Below, piece by piece: positions 1 through 15,000 of a stretch of DNA of 64,000 nucleotides. The translations under genes were made by a program, and so were the position numbers. The first letter of the stretch is position 1, and every line of letters starts with the position of its first letter. This DNA is from Macrostomum hystrix (taxonomy: Eukaryota > Animalia > Platyhelminthes): positions 2,418,001 through 2,482,000 of the forward strand of contig CATNEN010000005.1 in NCBI GenBank assembly GCA_950097015.1, written 5' to 3'. Under the pieces are notes generated by a model. That model was given only the letters and a program-made list of their open reading frames with translations. It was not told the origin of the DNA and ran no database searches.

Positions 1-3000
1 CCATTCTAGCTATTCTCCTGGATACTGTAGACTAGACTAGCAATCCATTCTAGCTATTCTCCTGGATACTGTAGACTAGACTAGCAATCCATTCTAGCTA
101 TTCTCCTGGATATTGCAGACTAGACTAGCAATCCATTCTAGCTATTCTCCTGGATATTGTAGACTAGACTAGCAATCCATTCTAGCTATTCTCCTGGATA
201 CTGTAGACTAGACTAGCAATCCATTCTAGCTATTCTCCTGGATACTCTAGACTAGACTAGCAATCCATTCTAGCTATTCTCCTGGATATTGTAGACTAGA
301 CTAGCAATCCATTCTAGCTATTCTCCTGGATACTGTAGACTAGACTAGCAATCCATTCTAGCTATTCTCCTGGATACTCTAGACTAGACTAGCAATCCAT
401 TCTAGCTATTCTCCTGGATATTGTAGACTAGACTAGCAATCCATTCTAGCTATTCTCCTGGATATTGCAGACTAGACTAGCAATCCATTCTAGCTATTCT
501 CCTGGATATTGTAGACTAGACTAGCAATCCATTCTAGCTATTCTCCTGGATATTGTAGACTAGATTAGCAATCCATTCTAGCTATTCTCCTGGATATTGT
601 AGACTAGATTAGCAATCCATTCTAGCTATTCTCCTGGATATTGTAGACTAGATTAGCAATCCATTCTAGCTATTCTCCTGGATACTGAAGAACAGACTAG
701 CAATCCATTCTAGCTATTCTCCTGGATACTGTAGACTAGACTAGCAATCCATTCTAGCTATTCTCCTGGATACTGAAGAACAGACTAGCAATCCATTCTA
801 GCTATTCTCCTGGATATTGTAGACTAGACTAGCAATCCATTCTAGCTATTCTCCTGGATATTGTAGACTAGACTAGCAATCCATTCTAGCTATTCTCCTG
901 GATATTGTAGACTAGACTAGCAATCCATTCTAGCTATTCTCCTGGATACTGTAGGCTAGACTAGCAATCCAATCTAGCTATTCTCCTGGATATTGCAGAC
1001 TAGACTAGCAATCCATTCTAGCTATTCTCCTGGATACTGTAGACTAGACTAGCAATCCATTCTAGCTATTCTCCTGGATATTGCAGACTAGACTAGCAAT
1101 CCATTCTAGCTATTCTCCTGGATATTGCAGACTAGACTAGCAATCCATTCTAGCTATTCTCCTGGATATTGCAGACTAGACTAGCAATCCATTCTACCTA
1201 TTCTCCTGGATATTGCAGACTAGACTAGCAATCCATTCTAGCTATTCTCCTGGATACTGTAGACTAGACTAGCAATCCATTCTAGCTATTCTCCTGGATA
1301 CTGAAGAACAGACTAGCAATCCATTCTAGCTATTCTCCTGGATATTGCAGACTAGACTAGCAATCCATTCTAGCTATTCTCCTGGATATTGCAGAACAGA
1401 CTAGCAATCCATTCTAGCTATTCTCCTGGATATTGCAGACTAGACTAGCAATCCATTCTAGCTATTCTCCTGGATACTGTAGGCTAGACTAGCAATCCAT
1501 TCTAGCTATTCTCCTGGATACTGTAGACTAGACTAGCAATCCATTCTAGCTATTCTCCTGGATATTGTAGACTAGACTAGCAATCCATTCTAGCTATTCT
1601 CCTGGATATTGCAGACTAGACTAGCAATCCATTTTTGATATTCTCCTGGATACTGCAGACTAGACTAGCAATCCATTCAAGCTATTCTCCTGGATATTGC
1701 AGACTAGACTAGCAATCCATTCTAGCTATTCTCCTGGATACTGCAGACTAGACTAGCAATCCATTCTAGCTATTCTCCTGGATATTGTAGACTAGACTAG
1801 CAATCCATTCTAGCTATTCTCCTGGATATTGCAGACTAGACTAGCAATCCATTCTAGCTATTCTCCTGGATATTGCAGACTAGACTAGCAATCCATTCTA
1901 GCTATTCTCCTGGATACTGTAGACTAGACTAGCAATCCATTCTAGCTATTCTCCTGGATACTGTAGACTAGACTAGCAATCCATTCTAGCTATTCTCCTG
2001 GATATTGCAGACTAGACTAGCAATCCATTCTAGCTATTCTCCTGGATATTGTAGACTAGACTAGCAATCCATTCTAGCTATTCTCCTGGATATTGCAGAC
2101 TAGACTAGCAATCCATTCTAGCTATTCTCCTGGATATTGTAGACTAGACTAGCAATCCATTCTAGCTATTCTCCTGGATACTGTAGACTAGACTAGCAAT
2201 CCATTCTAGCTATTCTCCTGGATACTGTAGACTAGACTAGCAATCCATTCTAGCTATTCTCCTGGATACTGTAGACTAGACTAGCAATCCATTCTAGCTA
2301 TTCTCCTGGATATTGCAGACTAGACTAGCAATCCATTCTAGCTATTCTCCTGGATATTGTAGACTAGACTAGCAATCCATTCTAGCTATTCTCCTGGATA
2401 CTGTAGACTAGACTAGCAATCCATTCTAGCTATTCTCCTGGATACTCTAGACTAGACTAGCAATCCATTCTAGCTATTCTCCTGGATATTGTAGACTAGA
2501 CTAGCAATCCATTCTAGCTATTCTCCTGGATACTGTAGACTAGACTAGCAATCCATTCTAGCTATTCTCCTGGATACTCTAGACTAGACTAGCAATCCAT
2601 TCTAGCTATTCTCCTGGATATTGTAGACTAGACTAGCAATCCATTCTAGCTATTCTCCTGGATATTGCAGACTAGACTAGCAATCCATTCTAGCTATTCT
2701 CCTGGATATTGTAGACTAGACTAGCAATCCATTCTAGCTATTCTCCTGGATATTGTAGACTAGATTAGCAATCCATTCTAGCTATTCTCCTGGATATTGT
2801 AGACTAGATTAGCAATCCATTCTAGCTATTCTCCTGGATATTGTAGACTAGATTAGCAATCCATTCTAGCTATTCTCCTGGATACTGAAGAACAGACTAG
2901 CAATCCATTCTAGCTATTCTCCTGGATACTGTAGACTAGACTAGCAATCCATTCTAGCTATTCTCCTGGATACTGAAGAACAGACTAGCAATCCATTCTA

Positions 3001-6000
3001 GCTATTCTCCTGGATATTGTAGACTAGACTAGCAATCCATTCTAGCTATTCTCCTGGATATTGTAGACTAGACTAGCAATCCATTCTAGCTATTCTCCTG
3101 GATATTGTAGACTAGACTAGCAATCCATTCTAGCTATTCTCCTGGATACTGTAGGCTAGACTAGCAATCCAATCTAGCTATTCTCCTGGATATTGCAGAC
3201 TAGACTAGCAATCCATTCTAGCTATTCTCCTGGATACTGTAGACTAGACTAGCAATCCATTCTAGCTATTCTCCTGGATATTGCAGACTAGACTAGCAAT
3301 CCATTCTAGCTATTCTCCTGGATATTGCAGACTAGACTAGCAATCCATTCTAGCTATTCTCCTGGATATTGCAGACTAGACTAGCAATCCATTCTAGCTA
3401 TTCTCCTGGATATTGCAGACTAGACTAGCAATCCATTCTAGCTATTCTCCTGGATATTGCAGACTAGACTAGCAATCCATTCTAGCTATTCTCCTGGATA
3501 CTGTAGACTAGACTAGCAATCCATTCTAGCTATTCTCCTGGATATTGCAGACTAGACTAGCAATCCATTCTAGCTATTCTCCTGGATATTGTAGACTAGA
3601 CTAGCAATCCATTCTAGCTATTCTCCTGGATATTGCAGACTAGACTAGCAATCCATTCTAGCTATTCTCCTGGATATTGTAGACTAGACTAGCAATCCAA
3701 TCTAGCTATTCTCCTGGATACTGTAGACTAGACTAGCAATCCATTCTAGCTATTCTCCTGGATATTGTAGACTAGACTAGCAATCCAATCTAGCTATTCT
3801 CCTGGATACTGTAGACTAGACTAGCAATCCATTCTAGCTATTCTCCTGGATATTGTAGACTAGACTAGCAATCCATTCTAGCTATTCTCCTGGATATTGC
3901 AGACTAGACTAGCAATCCAATCTAGCTATTCTCCTGGATATTGCAGACTAGACTAGCAATCCATTCTAGCTATTCTCCTGGATATTGCAGACTAGACTAG
4001 CAATCCAATCTAGCTATTCTCCTGGATATTGCAGACTAGACTAGCAATCCATTCTAGCTATTCTCCTGGATATTGCAGACTAGACTAGCAATCCAATCTT
4101 GATATTCTCCTGGATATTGCAGACTAGACTAGCAATCCATTCTACCTATTCTCCTGGATATTGCAGACTAGACTAGCAATCCATTCTAGCTATTCTCCTG
4201 GATACTGTAGACTAGACTAGCAATCCATTCTAGCTATTCTCCTGGATACTGTAGACTAGACTAGCAATCCATTCTAGCTATTCTCCTGGATATTGCAGAC
4301 TAGACTAGCAATCCATTCTAGCTATTCTCCTGGATATTGCAGACTAGACTAGCAATCCATTCAAGCTATTCTCCTGGATACTGTAGACTAGACTAGCAAT
4401 CCAATCTAGCTATTCTCCTGGATACTGTAGACTAGACTAGCAATCCATTCTAGCTATTCTCCTGGATATTGCAGACTAGACTAGCAATCCATTCTAGCTA
4501 TTCTCCTGGATACTGAAGAACAGACTAGCAATCCATTCTAGCTATTCTCCTGGATATTGCAGACTAGACTAGCAATCCATTCTAGCTATTCTCCTGGATA
4601 TTGCAGAACAGACTAGCAATCCATTCTAGCTATTCTCCTGGATATTGCAGACTAGACTAGCAATCCATTCTACCTATTCTCCTGGATACTGTAGGCTAGA
4701 CTAGCAATCCATTCTAGCTATTCTCCTGGATACTGTAGACTAGACTAGCAATCCATTCTAGCTATTCTCCTGGATATTGTAGACTAGACTAGCAATCCAT
4801 TCTAGCTATTCTCCTGGATATTGCAGACTAGACTAGCAATCCATTCTTGATATTCTCCTGGATACTGCAGACTAGACTAGCAATCCATTCAAGCTATTCT
4901 CCTGGATATTGCAGACTAGACTAGCAATCCATTCTAGCTATTCTCCTGGATACTGCAGACTAGACTAGCAATCCATTCTAGCTATTCTCCTGGATATTGT
5001 AGACTAGACTAGCAATCCAATCTAGCTATTCTCCTGGATACTGTAGACTAGACTAGCAATCCATTCTAGCTATTCTCCTGGATATTGTAGACTAGACTAG
5101 CAATCCAATCTAGCTATTCTCCTGGATACTGTAGACTAGACTAGCAATCCATTCTAGCTATTCTCCTGGATATTGTAGACTAGACTAGCAATCCATTCTA
5201 GCTATTCTCCTGGATATTGCAGACTAGACTAGCAATCCAATCTAGCTATTCTCCTGGATATTGCAGACTAGACTAGCAATCCATTCTAGCTATTCTCCTG
5301 GATATTGCAGACTAGACTAGCAATCCAATCTAGCTATTCTCCTGGATATTGCAGACTAGACTAGCAATCCATTCTAGCTATTCTCCTGGATATTGCAGAC
5401 TAGACTAGCAATCCAATCTTGATATTCTCCTGGATATTGCAGACTAGACTAGCAATCCATTCTAGCTATTCTCCTGGATATTGCAGACTAGACTAGCAAT
5501 CCATTCTAGCTATTCTCCTGGATACTGTAGACTAGACTAGCAATCCATTCTAGCTATTCTCCTGGATATTGCAGACTAGACTAGCAATCCATTCAAGCTA
5601 TTCTCCTGGATACTGTAGACTAGACTAGCAATCCAATCTAGCTATTCTCCTGGATACTGTAGACTAGACTAGCAATCCATTCTAGCTATTCTCCTGGATA
5701 TTGCAGACTAGACTAGCAATCCATTCTAGCTATTCTCCTGGATACTGAAGAACAGACTAGCAATCCATTCTAGCTATTCTCCTGGATATTGCAGACTAGA
5801 CTAGCAATCCATTCTAGCTATTCTCCTGGATATTGCAGAACAGACTAGCAATCCATTCTAGCTATTCTCCTGGATATTGCAGACTAGACTAGCAATCCAT
5901 TCTAGCTATTCTCCTGGATACTGTAGGCTAGACTAGCAATCCATTCTAGCTATTCTCCTGGATACTGTAGACTAGACTAGCAATCCATTCTAGCTATTCT

Positions 6001-9000
6001 CCTGGATATTGTAGACTAGACTAGCAATCCATTCTAGCTATTCTCCTGGATATTGCAGACTAGACTAGCAATCCATTCTTGATATTCTCCTGGATACTGC
6101 AGACTAGACTAGCAATCCATTCAAGCTATTCTCCTGGATATTGCAGACTAGACTAGCAATCCATTCTAGCTATTCTCCTGGATACTGCAGACTAGACTAG
6201 CAATCCATTCTAGCTATTCTCCTGGATATTGTAGACTAGACTAGCAATCCATTCTAGCTATTCTCCTGGATATTGCAGACTAGACTAGCAATCCATTCTA
6301 GCTATTCTCCTGGATATTGCAGACTAGACTAGCAATCCATTCTAGCTATTCTCCTGGATACTGTAGACTAGACTAGCAATCCATTCTAGCTATTCTCCTG
6401 GATACTGTAGACTAGACTAGCAATCCATTCTAGCTATTCTCCTGGATATTGCAGACTAGACTAGCAATCCATTCTAGCTATTCTCCTGGATATTGTAGAC
6501 TAGACTAGCAATCCATTCTAGCTATTCTCCTGGATATTGTAGGCTAGACTAGCAATCCATTCTAGCTATTCTCCTGGATATTGTAGACTAGACTAGCAAT
6601 CCATTCTAGCTATTCTCCTGGATACTGTAGACTAGACTAGCAATCCATTCTAGCTATTCTCCTGGATATTGTAGACTAGACTAGCAATCCATTCTAGCTA
6701 TTCTCCTGGATACTGTAGACTAGACTAGCAATCCAATCTTGATATTCTCCTGGATATTGCAGACTAGACTAGCAATCCATTCTACCTATTCTCCTGGATA
6801 CTGTAGACTAGACTAGCAATCCAATCTAGCTATTCTCCTGGATATTGCAGACTAGACTAGCAATCCATTCTAGCTATTCTCCTGGATATTGCAGACTAGA
6901 CTAGCAATCCATTCTAGCTATTCTCCTGGATATTGTAGACTAGACTAGCAATCCATTCTAGCTATTCTCCTGGATACTGTAGACTAGACTAGCAATCCAT
7001 TCTAGCTATTCTCCTGGATATTGCAGACTAGACTAGCAATCCATTCTAGCTATTCTCCTGGATATTGCAGACTAGACTAGCAATCCATTCTAGCTATTCT
7101 CCTGGATATTGCAGACTAGACTAGCAATCCATTCTAGCTATTCTCCTGGATATTGTAGACTAGACTAGCAATCCATTCTAGCTATTCTCCTGGATATTGT
7201 AGACTAGACTAGCAATCCATTCTAGCTATTCTCCTGGATATTGTAGGCTAGACTAGCAATCCATTCTAGCTATTCTCCTGGATACTGTAGACTAGACTAG
7301 CAATCCATTCTAGCTATTCTCCTGGATATTGTAGACTAGACTAGCAATCCATTCTAGCTATTCTCCTGGATACTGTAGACTAGACTAGCAATCCATTCTA
7401 GCTATTCTCCTGGATATTGCAGACTAGACTAGCAATCCATTCTAGCTATTCTCCTGGATATTGCAGACTAGACTAGCAATCCATTCTAGCTATTCTCCTG
7501 GATATTGTAGACTAGACTAGCAATCCATTCTAGCTATTCTCCTGGATATTGTAGGCTAGACTAGCAATCCATTCTAGCTATTCTCCTGGATATTGTAGAC
7601 TAGACTAGCAATCCATTCTAGCTATTCTCCTGGATACTGTAGACTAGACTAGCAATCCATTCTAGCTATTCTCCTGGATATTGTAGACTAGACTAGCAAT
7701 CCATTCTAGCTATTCTCCTGGATACTGTAGACTAGACTAGCAATCCAATCTTGATATTCTCCTGGATATTGCAGACTAGACTAGCAATCCAATCTAGCTA
7801 TTCTCCTGGATACTGTAGACTAGACTAGCAATCCAATCTAGCTATTCTCCTGGATATTGCAGACTAGACTAGCAATCCATTCTAGCTATTCTCCTGGATA
7901 TTGCAGACTAGACTAGCAATCCATTCTAGCTATTCTCCTGGATATTGTAGACTAGACTAGCAATCCATTCTAGCTATTCTCCTGGATACTGTAGACTAGA
8001 CTAGCAATCCATTCTAGCTATTCTCCTGGATATTGCAGACTAGACTAGCAATCCATTCTAGCTATTCTCCTGGATATTGCAGACTAGACTAGCAATCCAT
8101 TCTAGCTATTCTCCTGGATATTGCAGACTAGACTAGCAATCCATTCTAGCTATTCTCCTGGATATTGTAGACTAGACTAGCAATCCATTCTAGCTATTCT
8201 CCTGGATATTGTAGACTAGACTAGCAATCCATTCTAGCTATTCTCCTGGATATTGTAGGCTAGACTAGCAATCCATTCTAGCTATTCTCCTGGATACTGT
8301 AGACTAGACTAGCAATCCATTCTAGCTATTCTCCTGGATATTGTAGACTAGACTAGCAATCCATTCTAGCTATTCTTCTGGATATTGTAGACTAGACTAG
8401 CAATCCATTCTAGCTATTCTCCTGGATATTGTAGGCTAGACTAGCAATCCATTCTAGCTATTCTCCTGGATACTGTAGACTAGACTAGCAATCCATTCTA
8501 GCTATTCTCCTGGATACTGTAGACTAGACTAGCAATCCATTCTAGCTATTCTCCTGGATATTGCAGACTAGACTAGCAATCCATTCTAGCTATTCTCCTG
8601 GATATTGTAGACTAGACTAGCAATCCATTCTAGCTATTCTCCTGGATATTGCAGACTAGACTAGCAATCCATTCTTGATATTCTCCTGGATATTGCAGAC
8701 TAGACTAGCAATCCATTCTAGCTATTCTCCTGGATATTGTAGACTAGACTAGCAATCCATTCTAGCTATTCTCCCGGATACTGTAGGCTAGACTAGCAAT
8801 CCAATCTAGCTATTCTCCTGGATATTGCAGACTAGACTAGCAATCCATTCTAGCTATTCTCCTGGATATTGCAGACTAGACTAGCAATCCATTCTAGCTA
8901 TTCTCCTGGATATTGTAGACTAGACTAGCAATCCATTCTAGCAATTCTCCTGGATATTGTAGACTAGACTAGCAATCCATTCTAGCTATTCTCCTGGATA

Positions 9001-12000
9001 TTGCAGACTAGACTAGCAATCCATTCTAGCTATTCTCCTGAATACTGCAGACTAGACTAGCAATCCATTCTAGCTATTCTCCTGGATATTGCAGACTAGA
9101 CTAGCAATCCATTCTTGATATTCTCCTGGATATTGCAGACTAGACTAGCAATCCATTCTAGCTATTCTCCTGGATATTGCAGACTAGACTAGCAATCCAT
9201 TCTAGCTATTCTCCTGGATATTGCAGACTAGACTAGCAATCCATTCTTGATATTCTCCTGGATATTGCAGACTAGACTAGCAATCCATTCTAGCTATTCT
9301 CCTGGATACTGTAGACTAGACTAGCAATCCATTCTAGCTATTCTCCTGGATATTGCAGACTAGACTAGCAATCCATTCTAGCTATTCTCCTGGATACTGT
9401 AGACTAGACTAGCAATCCATTCTAGCTATTCTCCTGGATATTGCAGACTAGACTAGCAATCCATTCTAGCTATTCTCCTGGATATTGTAGACTAGACTAG
9501 CAATCCATTCTAGCTATTCTCCTGGATATTGCAGACTAGACTAGCAATCCATTCTAGCTATTCTCCTGGATATTGTAGACTAGACTAGCAATCCATTCTA
9601 GCTATTCTCCTGGATATTGCAGACTAGACTAGCAATCCATTCTAGCTATTCTCCTGGATATTGTAGACTAGACTAGCAATCCATTCTAGCTATTCTCCTG
9701 GATATTGTAGACTAGACTAGCAATCCATTCTAGCTATTCTCCTGGATATTGCAGACTAGACTAGCAATCCATTCAAGCTATTCTCCTGGATATTGTAGAC
9801 TAGACTAGCAATCCATTCTAGCTATTCTCCTGGATATTGCAGACTAGACTAGCAATCCATTCTAGCTATTCTCCTGGATACTGTAGACTAGACTAGCAAT
9901 CCATTCTAGCTATTCTCCTGGATATTGCAGACTAGACTAGCAATCCATTCTAGCTATTCTCCTGGATATTGTAGACTAGACTAGCAATCCATTCTAGCTA
10001 TTCTCCTGGATACTGTAGACTAGACTAGCAATCCATTCTAGCTATTCTCCTGGATATTGTAGACTAGACTAGCAATCCATTCTAGCTATTCTCCTGGATA
10101 CTGTAGACTAGACTAGCAATCCATTCTAGCTATTCTCCTGGATATTGTAGACTAGACTAGCAATCCATTCTAGCTATTCTCCTGGATACTGTAGACTAGA
10201 CTAGCAATCCATTCTAGCTATTCTCCTGGATACTGTAGACTAGACTAGCAATCCATTCTAGCTATTCTCCTGGATATTGCAGACTAGACTAGCAATCCAA
10301 TCTAGCTATTCTCCTGGATATTGCAGACTAGACTAGCAATCCATTCTAGCTATTCTCCTGGATATTGCAGACTAGACTAGCAATCCAATCTTGATATTCT
10401 CCTGGATACTGAAGAACAGACTAGCAATCCATTCTAGCTATTCTCCTGGATATTGTAGACTAGACTAGCAATCCATTCTAGCTATTCTCCTGGATATTGC
10501 AGACTAGACTAGCAATCCATTCTAGCTATTCTCCTGGATATTGCAGACTAGACTAGCAATCCAATCTTGATATTCTCCTGGATACTGAAGAACAGACTAG
10601 CAATCCATTCTAGCTATTCTCCTGGATATTGTAGACTAGACTAGCAATCCATTCTAGCTATTCTCCTGGATATTGCAGACTAGACTAGCAATCCATTCTA
10701 GCTATTCTCCTGGATATTGCAGACTAGACTAGCAATCCATTCTAGCTATTCTCCTGGATATTGCAGACTAGACTAGCAATCCAATCTAGCTATTCTCCTG
10801 GATACTGTAGGCTAGACTAGCAATCCATTCTAGCTATTCTCCTGGATACTGTAGACTAGACTAGCAATCCATTCTAGCTATTCTCCTGGATATTGCAGAC
10901 TAGACTAGCAATCCATTCAAGCTATTCTCCTGGATATTGTAGACTAGACTAGCAATCCATTCTAGCAATTCTCCTGGATATTGCAGACTAGACTAGCAAT
11001 CCATTCAAGCTATTCTCCTGGATACTGTAGACTAGACTAGCAATCCATTCTAGCTATTCTCCTGGATATTGTAGACTAGACTAGCAATCCATTCTAGCTA
11101 TTCTCCTGGATATTGCAGACTAGACTAGCAATCCAATCTAGCTATTCTCCTGGATACTGTAGGCTAGACTAGCAATCCATTCTAGCTATTCTCCTGGATA
11201 TTGCAGACTAGACTAGCAATCCATTCTAGCTATTCTCCTGGATATTGCAGACTAGACTAGCAATCCAATCTTGATATTCTCCTGGATACTGAAGAACAGA
11301 CTAGCAATCCATTCTAGCTATTCTCCTGGATATTGTAGACTAGACTAGCAATCCATTCTAGCTATTCTCCTGGATATTGCAGACTAGACTAGCAATCCAT
11401 TCTAGCTATTCTCCTGGATATTGCAGACTAGACTAGCAATCCATTCTAGCTATTCTCCTGGATATTGCAGACTAGACTAGCAATCCAATCTAGCTATTCT
11501 CCTGGATATTGCAGACTAGACTAGCAATCCATTCTAGCTATTCTCCTGGATATTGTAGACTAGACTAGCAATCCATTCTTGATATTCTCCTGGATATTGC
11601 AGACTAGACTAGCAATCCATTCTAGCTATTCTCCTGGATACTGTAGGCTAGACTAGCAATCCATTCTAGCTATTCTCCTGGATACTGTAGACTAGACTAG
11701 CAATCCATTCTAGCTATTCTCCTGGATATTGCAGACTAGACTAGCAATCCATTCAAGCTATTCTCCTGGATATTGTAGACTAGACTAGCAATCCATTCTA
11801 GCTATTCTCCTGGATATTGCAGACTAGACTAGCAATCCATTCAAGCTATTCTCCTGGATACTGTAGACTAGACTAGCAATCCATTCTAGCTATTCTCCTG
11901 GATATTGTAGACTAGACTAGCAATCCATTCTAGCTATTCTCCTGGATATTGCAGACTAGACTAGCAATCCACTCTAGCTATTCTCCTGGATATTGTAGAC

Positions 12001-15000
12001 TAGACTAGCAAGCCATTCTAGCTATTCTCCTGGATATTGCAGACTAGACTAGCAATCCATTCTAGCTATTCTCCTGGATACTCTAGACTAGACTAGCAAT
12101 CCATTCTAGCTATTCTCCTGGATATTGCAGACTAGACTAGCAATCCATTCTAGCTATTCTCCTGGATATTGTAGACTAGACTAGCAAGCCATTCTAGCTA
12201 TTCTCCTGGATATTGCAGACTAGACTAGCAATCCATTCTAGCTATTCTCCTGGATACTGCAGACTAGACTAGCAATCCATTCTAGCTATTCTCCTGGATA
12301 TTGCAGACTAGACTAGCAATCCATTCTAGCTATTCTCCTGGATACTGTAGACTAGACTAGCAATCCATTCTAGCTATTCTCCTGGATATTGTAGACTAGA
12401 CTAGCAATCCATTCTAGCTATTCTCCTGGATACTCTAGACTAGCAATCCATTCTAGCTATTCTCCTGGATACTGTAGACTAGACTAGCAATCCATTCTAG
12501 CTATTCTCCTGGATATTGTAGACTAGACTAGCAATCCATTCTAGCTATTCTCCTGGATATTGTCAGACTAGACTAGCAATCCATTCTAGCTATTCTCCTG
12601 GATATTGCAGACTAGACTAGCAATCCATTCTAGCTATTCTCCTGGATATTGCTAGACTAGACTAGCAATCCATTCTAGCTATTCTCCTGGATATTGCTAG
12701 ACTAGACTAGCAATCCAATTCTAGCTATTCTCCTGGATATTGCAGACTAGACTAGCAATCCATTCTAGCTATTCTCCTGGATATTGCAGACTAGACTAGC
12801 AATCCATTCTAGCTATTCTCCTGGATATTGTAGACTAGACTAGCAAGCCATTCTAGCTATTCTCCTGGATATTGCAGACTAGACTAGCAATCCATTCTAG
12901 CTATTCTCCTGGATACTGCAGACTAGACTAGCAATCCATTCTAGCTATTCTCCTGGATATTGCAGACTAGACTAGCAATCCATTCTAGCTATTCTCCTGG
13001 ATACTGTAGACTAGACTAGCAATCCATTCTAGCTATTCTCCTGGATATTGTAGACTAGACTAGCAATCCATTCTAGCTATTCTCCTGGATACTCTCGACT
13101 AGCAATCCATTCTAGCTATTCTCCTGGATACTGTAGACTAGACTAGCAATCCATTCTAGCTATTCTCCTGGATATTGTAGACTAGACTAGCAATCCATTC
13201 TAGCTATTCTCCTGGATACTGTAGACTAGACTAGCAAGCCATTCTAGCTATTCTCCTGGATATTGCAGACTAGACTAGCAATCCATTCTAGCTATTCTCC
13301 TGGATACTCTAGACTAGACTAGCAATCCATTCTAGCTATTCTCCTGGATATTGTAGACTAGACTAGCAATCCAATCTAGCTATTCTCCTGGATATTGCAG
13401 ACTAGACTAGATATCCAATCTAGCTATTCTCCTGGATACTGTAGACTAGACTAGCAAGCCATTCTAGCTATTCTCCTGGATATTGCAGACTAGACTAGCA
13501 ATCCATTCTAGCTATTCTCCTGGATATTGCAGACTAGACTAGCAATCCATTCTAGCTATTCTCCTGGATACTGTAGACTAGACTAGCAATCCATTCTAGC
13601 TATTCTCCTGGATATTGTAGACTAGACTAGCAATCCAATCTAGCTATTCTCCTGGATATTGCAGACTAGACTAGCAATCCAATCTAGCTATTCTCCTGGA
13701 TACTGTAGACTAGACTAGCAAGCCATTCTAGCTATTCTCCTGGATACTGTAGGCTAGACTAGCAATCCATTCTAGCTATTCTCCTGGATATTGAAGAACA
13801 GACTAGCAATCCATTCTAGCTATTCTCCTGGATATTGCAGACTAGACTAGCAATCCATTCTAGCTATTCTCCTGGATATTGCAGACTAGACTAGCAATCC
13901 ATTCTAGCTATTCTCCTGGATATTGCAGACTAGACTAGCAATCCAATCTAGCTATTCTCCTGGATATTGCAGACTAGACTAGCAATCCAATCTAGCTATT
14001 CTCCTGGATATTGTAGACTAGACTAGCAATCCATTCTAGCTATTCTCCTGGATATTGCAGACTAGACTAGCAATCCATTCTAGCTATTCTCCTGGATATT
14101 GAAGAACAGACTAGCAATCCATTCTAGCTATTCTCCTGGATATTGCAGACTAGACTAGCAATCCATTCTAGCTATTCTCCTGGATATTGCAGACTAGACT
14201 AGCAATCCATTCTAGCTATTCTCCTGGATATTGCAGACTAGACTAGCAATCCAATCTAGCTATTCTCCTGGATATTGTAGACTAGACTAGCAATCCATTC
14301 TAGCTATTCTCCTGGATATTGCAGACTAGACTAGCAATCCAATCTAGCTATTCTCCTGGATATTGCAGACTAGACTAGCAATCCAATCTAGCTATTCTCC
14401 TGGATATTGTAGACTAGACTAGCTATTCATTCTAGCTATTCTCCTGGATACTGTAGACTAGACTAGCAATCCAATCTAGCTATTCTCCTGGATATTGCAG
14501 ACTAGACTAGCAATCCATTCTAGCTATTCTCCTGGATATTGTAGGCTAGACTAGCAAGCCATTCTAGCTATTCTCCTGGATATTGTAGGCTAGACTAGCA
14601 ATCCATTCTAGCTATTCTCCTGGATATTGTAGGCTAGACTAGCAATCCATTCTAGCTATTCTCCTGGATACTGTAGACTAGACTAGCAATCCATTCTAGC
14701 TATTCTCCTGGATATTGCAGACTAGACTAGCAATCCATTCTAGCTATTCTCCTGGATATTGCAGACTAGACTAGCAATCCATTCTAGCTATTCTCCTGGA
14801 TACTGTAGACTAGACTAGCAATCCATTCTAGCTATTCTCCTGGATATTGTAGACTAGACTAGAAATCCAATCTAGCTATTCTCCTGGATATTGCAGACTA
14901 GACTAGCAATCCAATCTAGCTATTCTCCTGGATAATGTAGACTAGACTAGCAAGCCATTCTAGCTATTCTCCTGGATACTGTAGGCTAGACTAGCAATCC

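Noticed and set aside
12540-13100. Cluster of single-base insertions in the 44-mer array
   Set aside because: They are confined to one short stretch and absent from the duplicated copy near 25 kb, so they more likely reflect sequencing or consensus error than biology.
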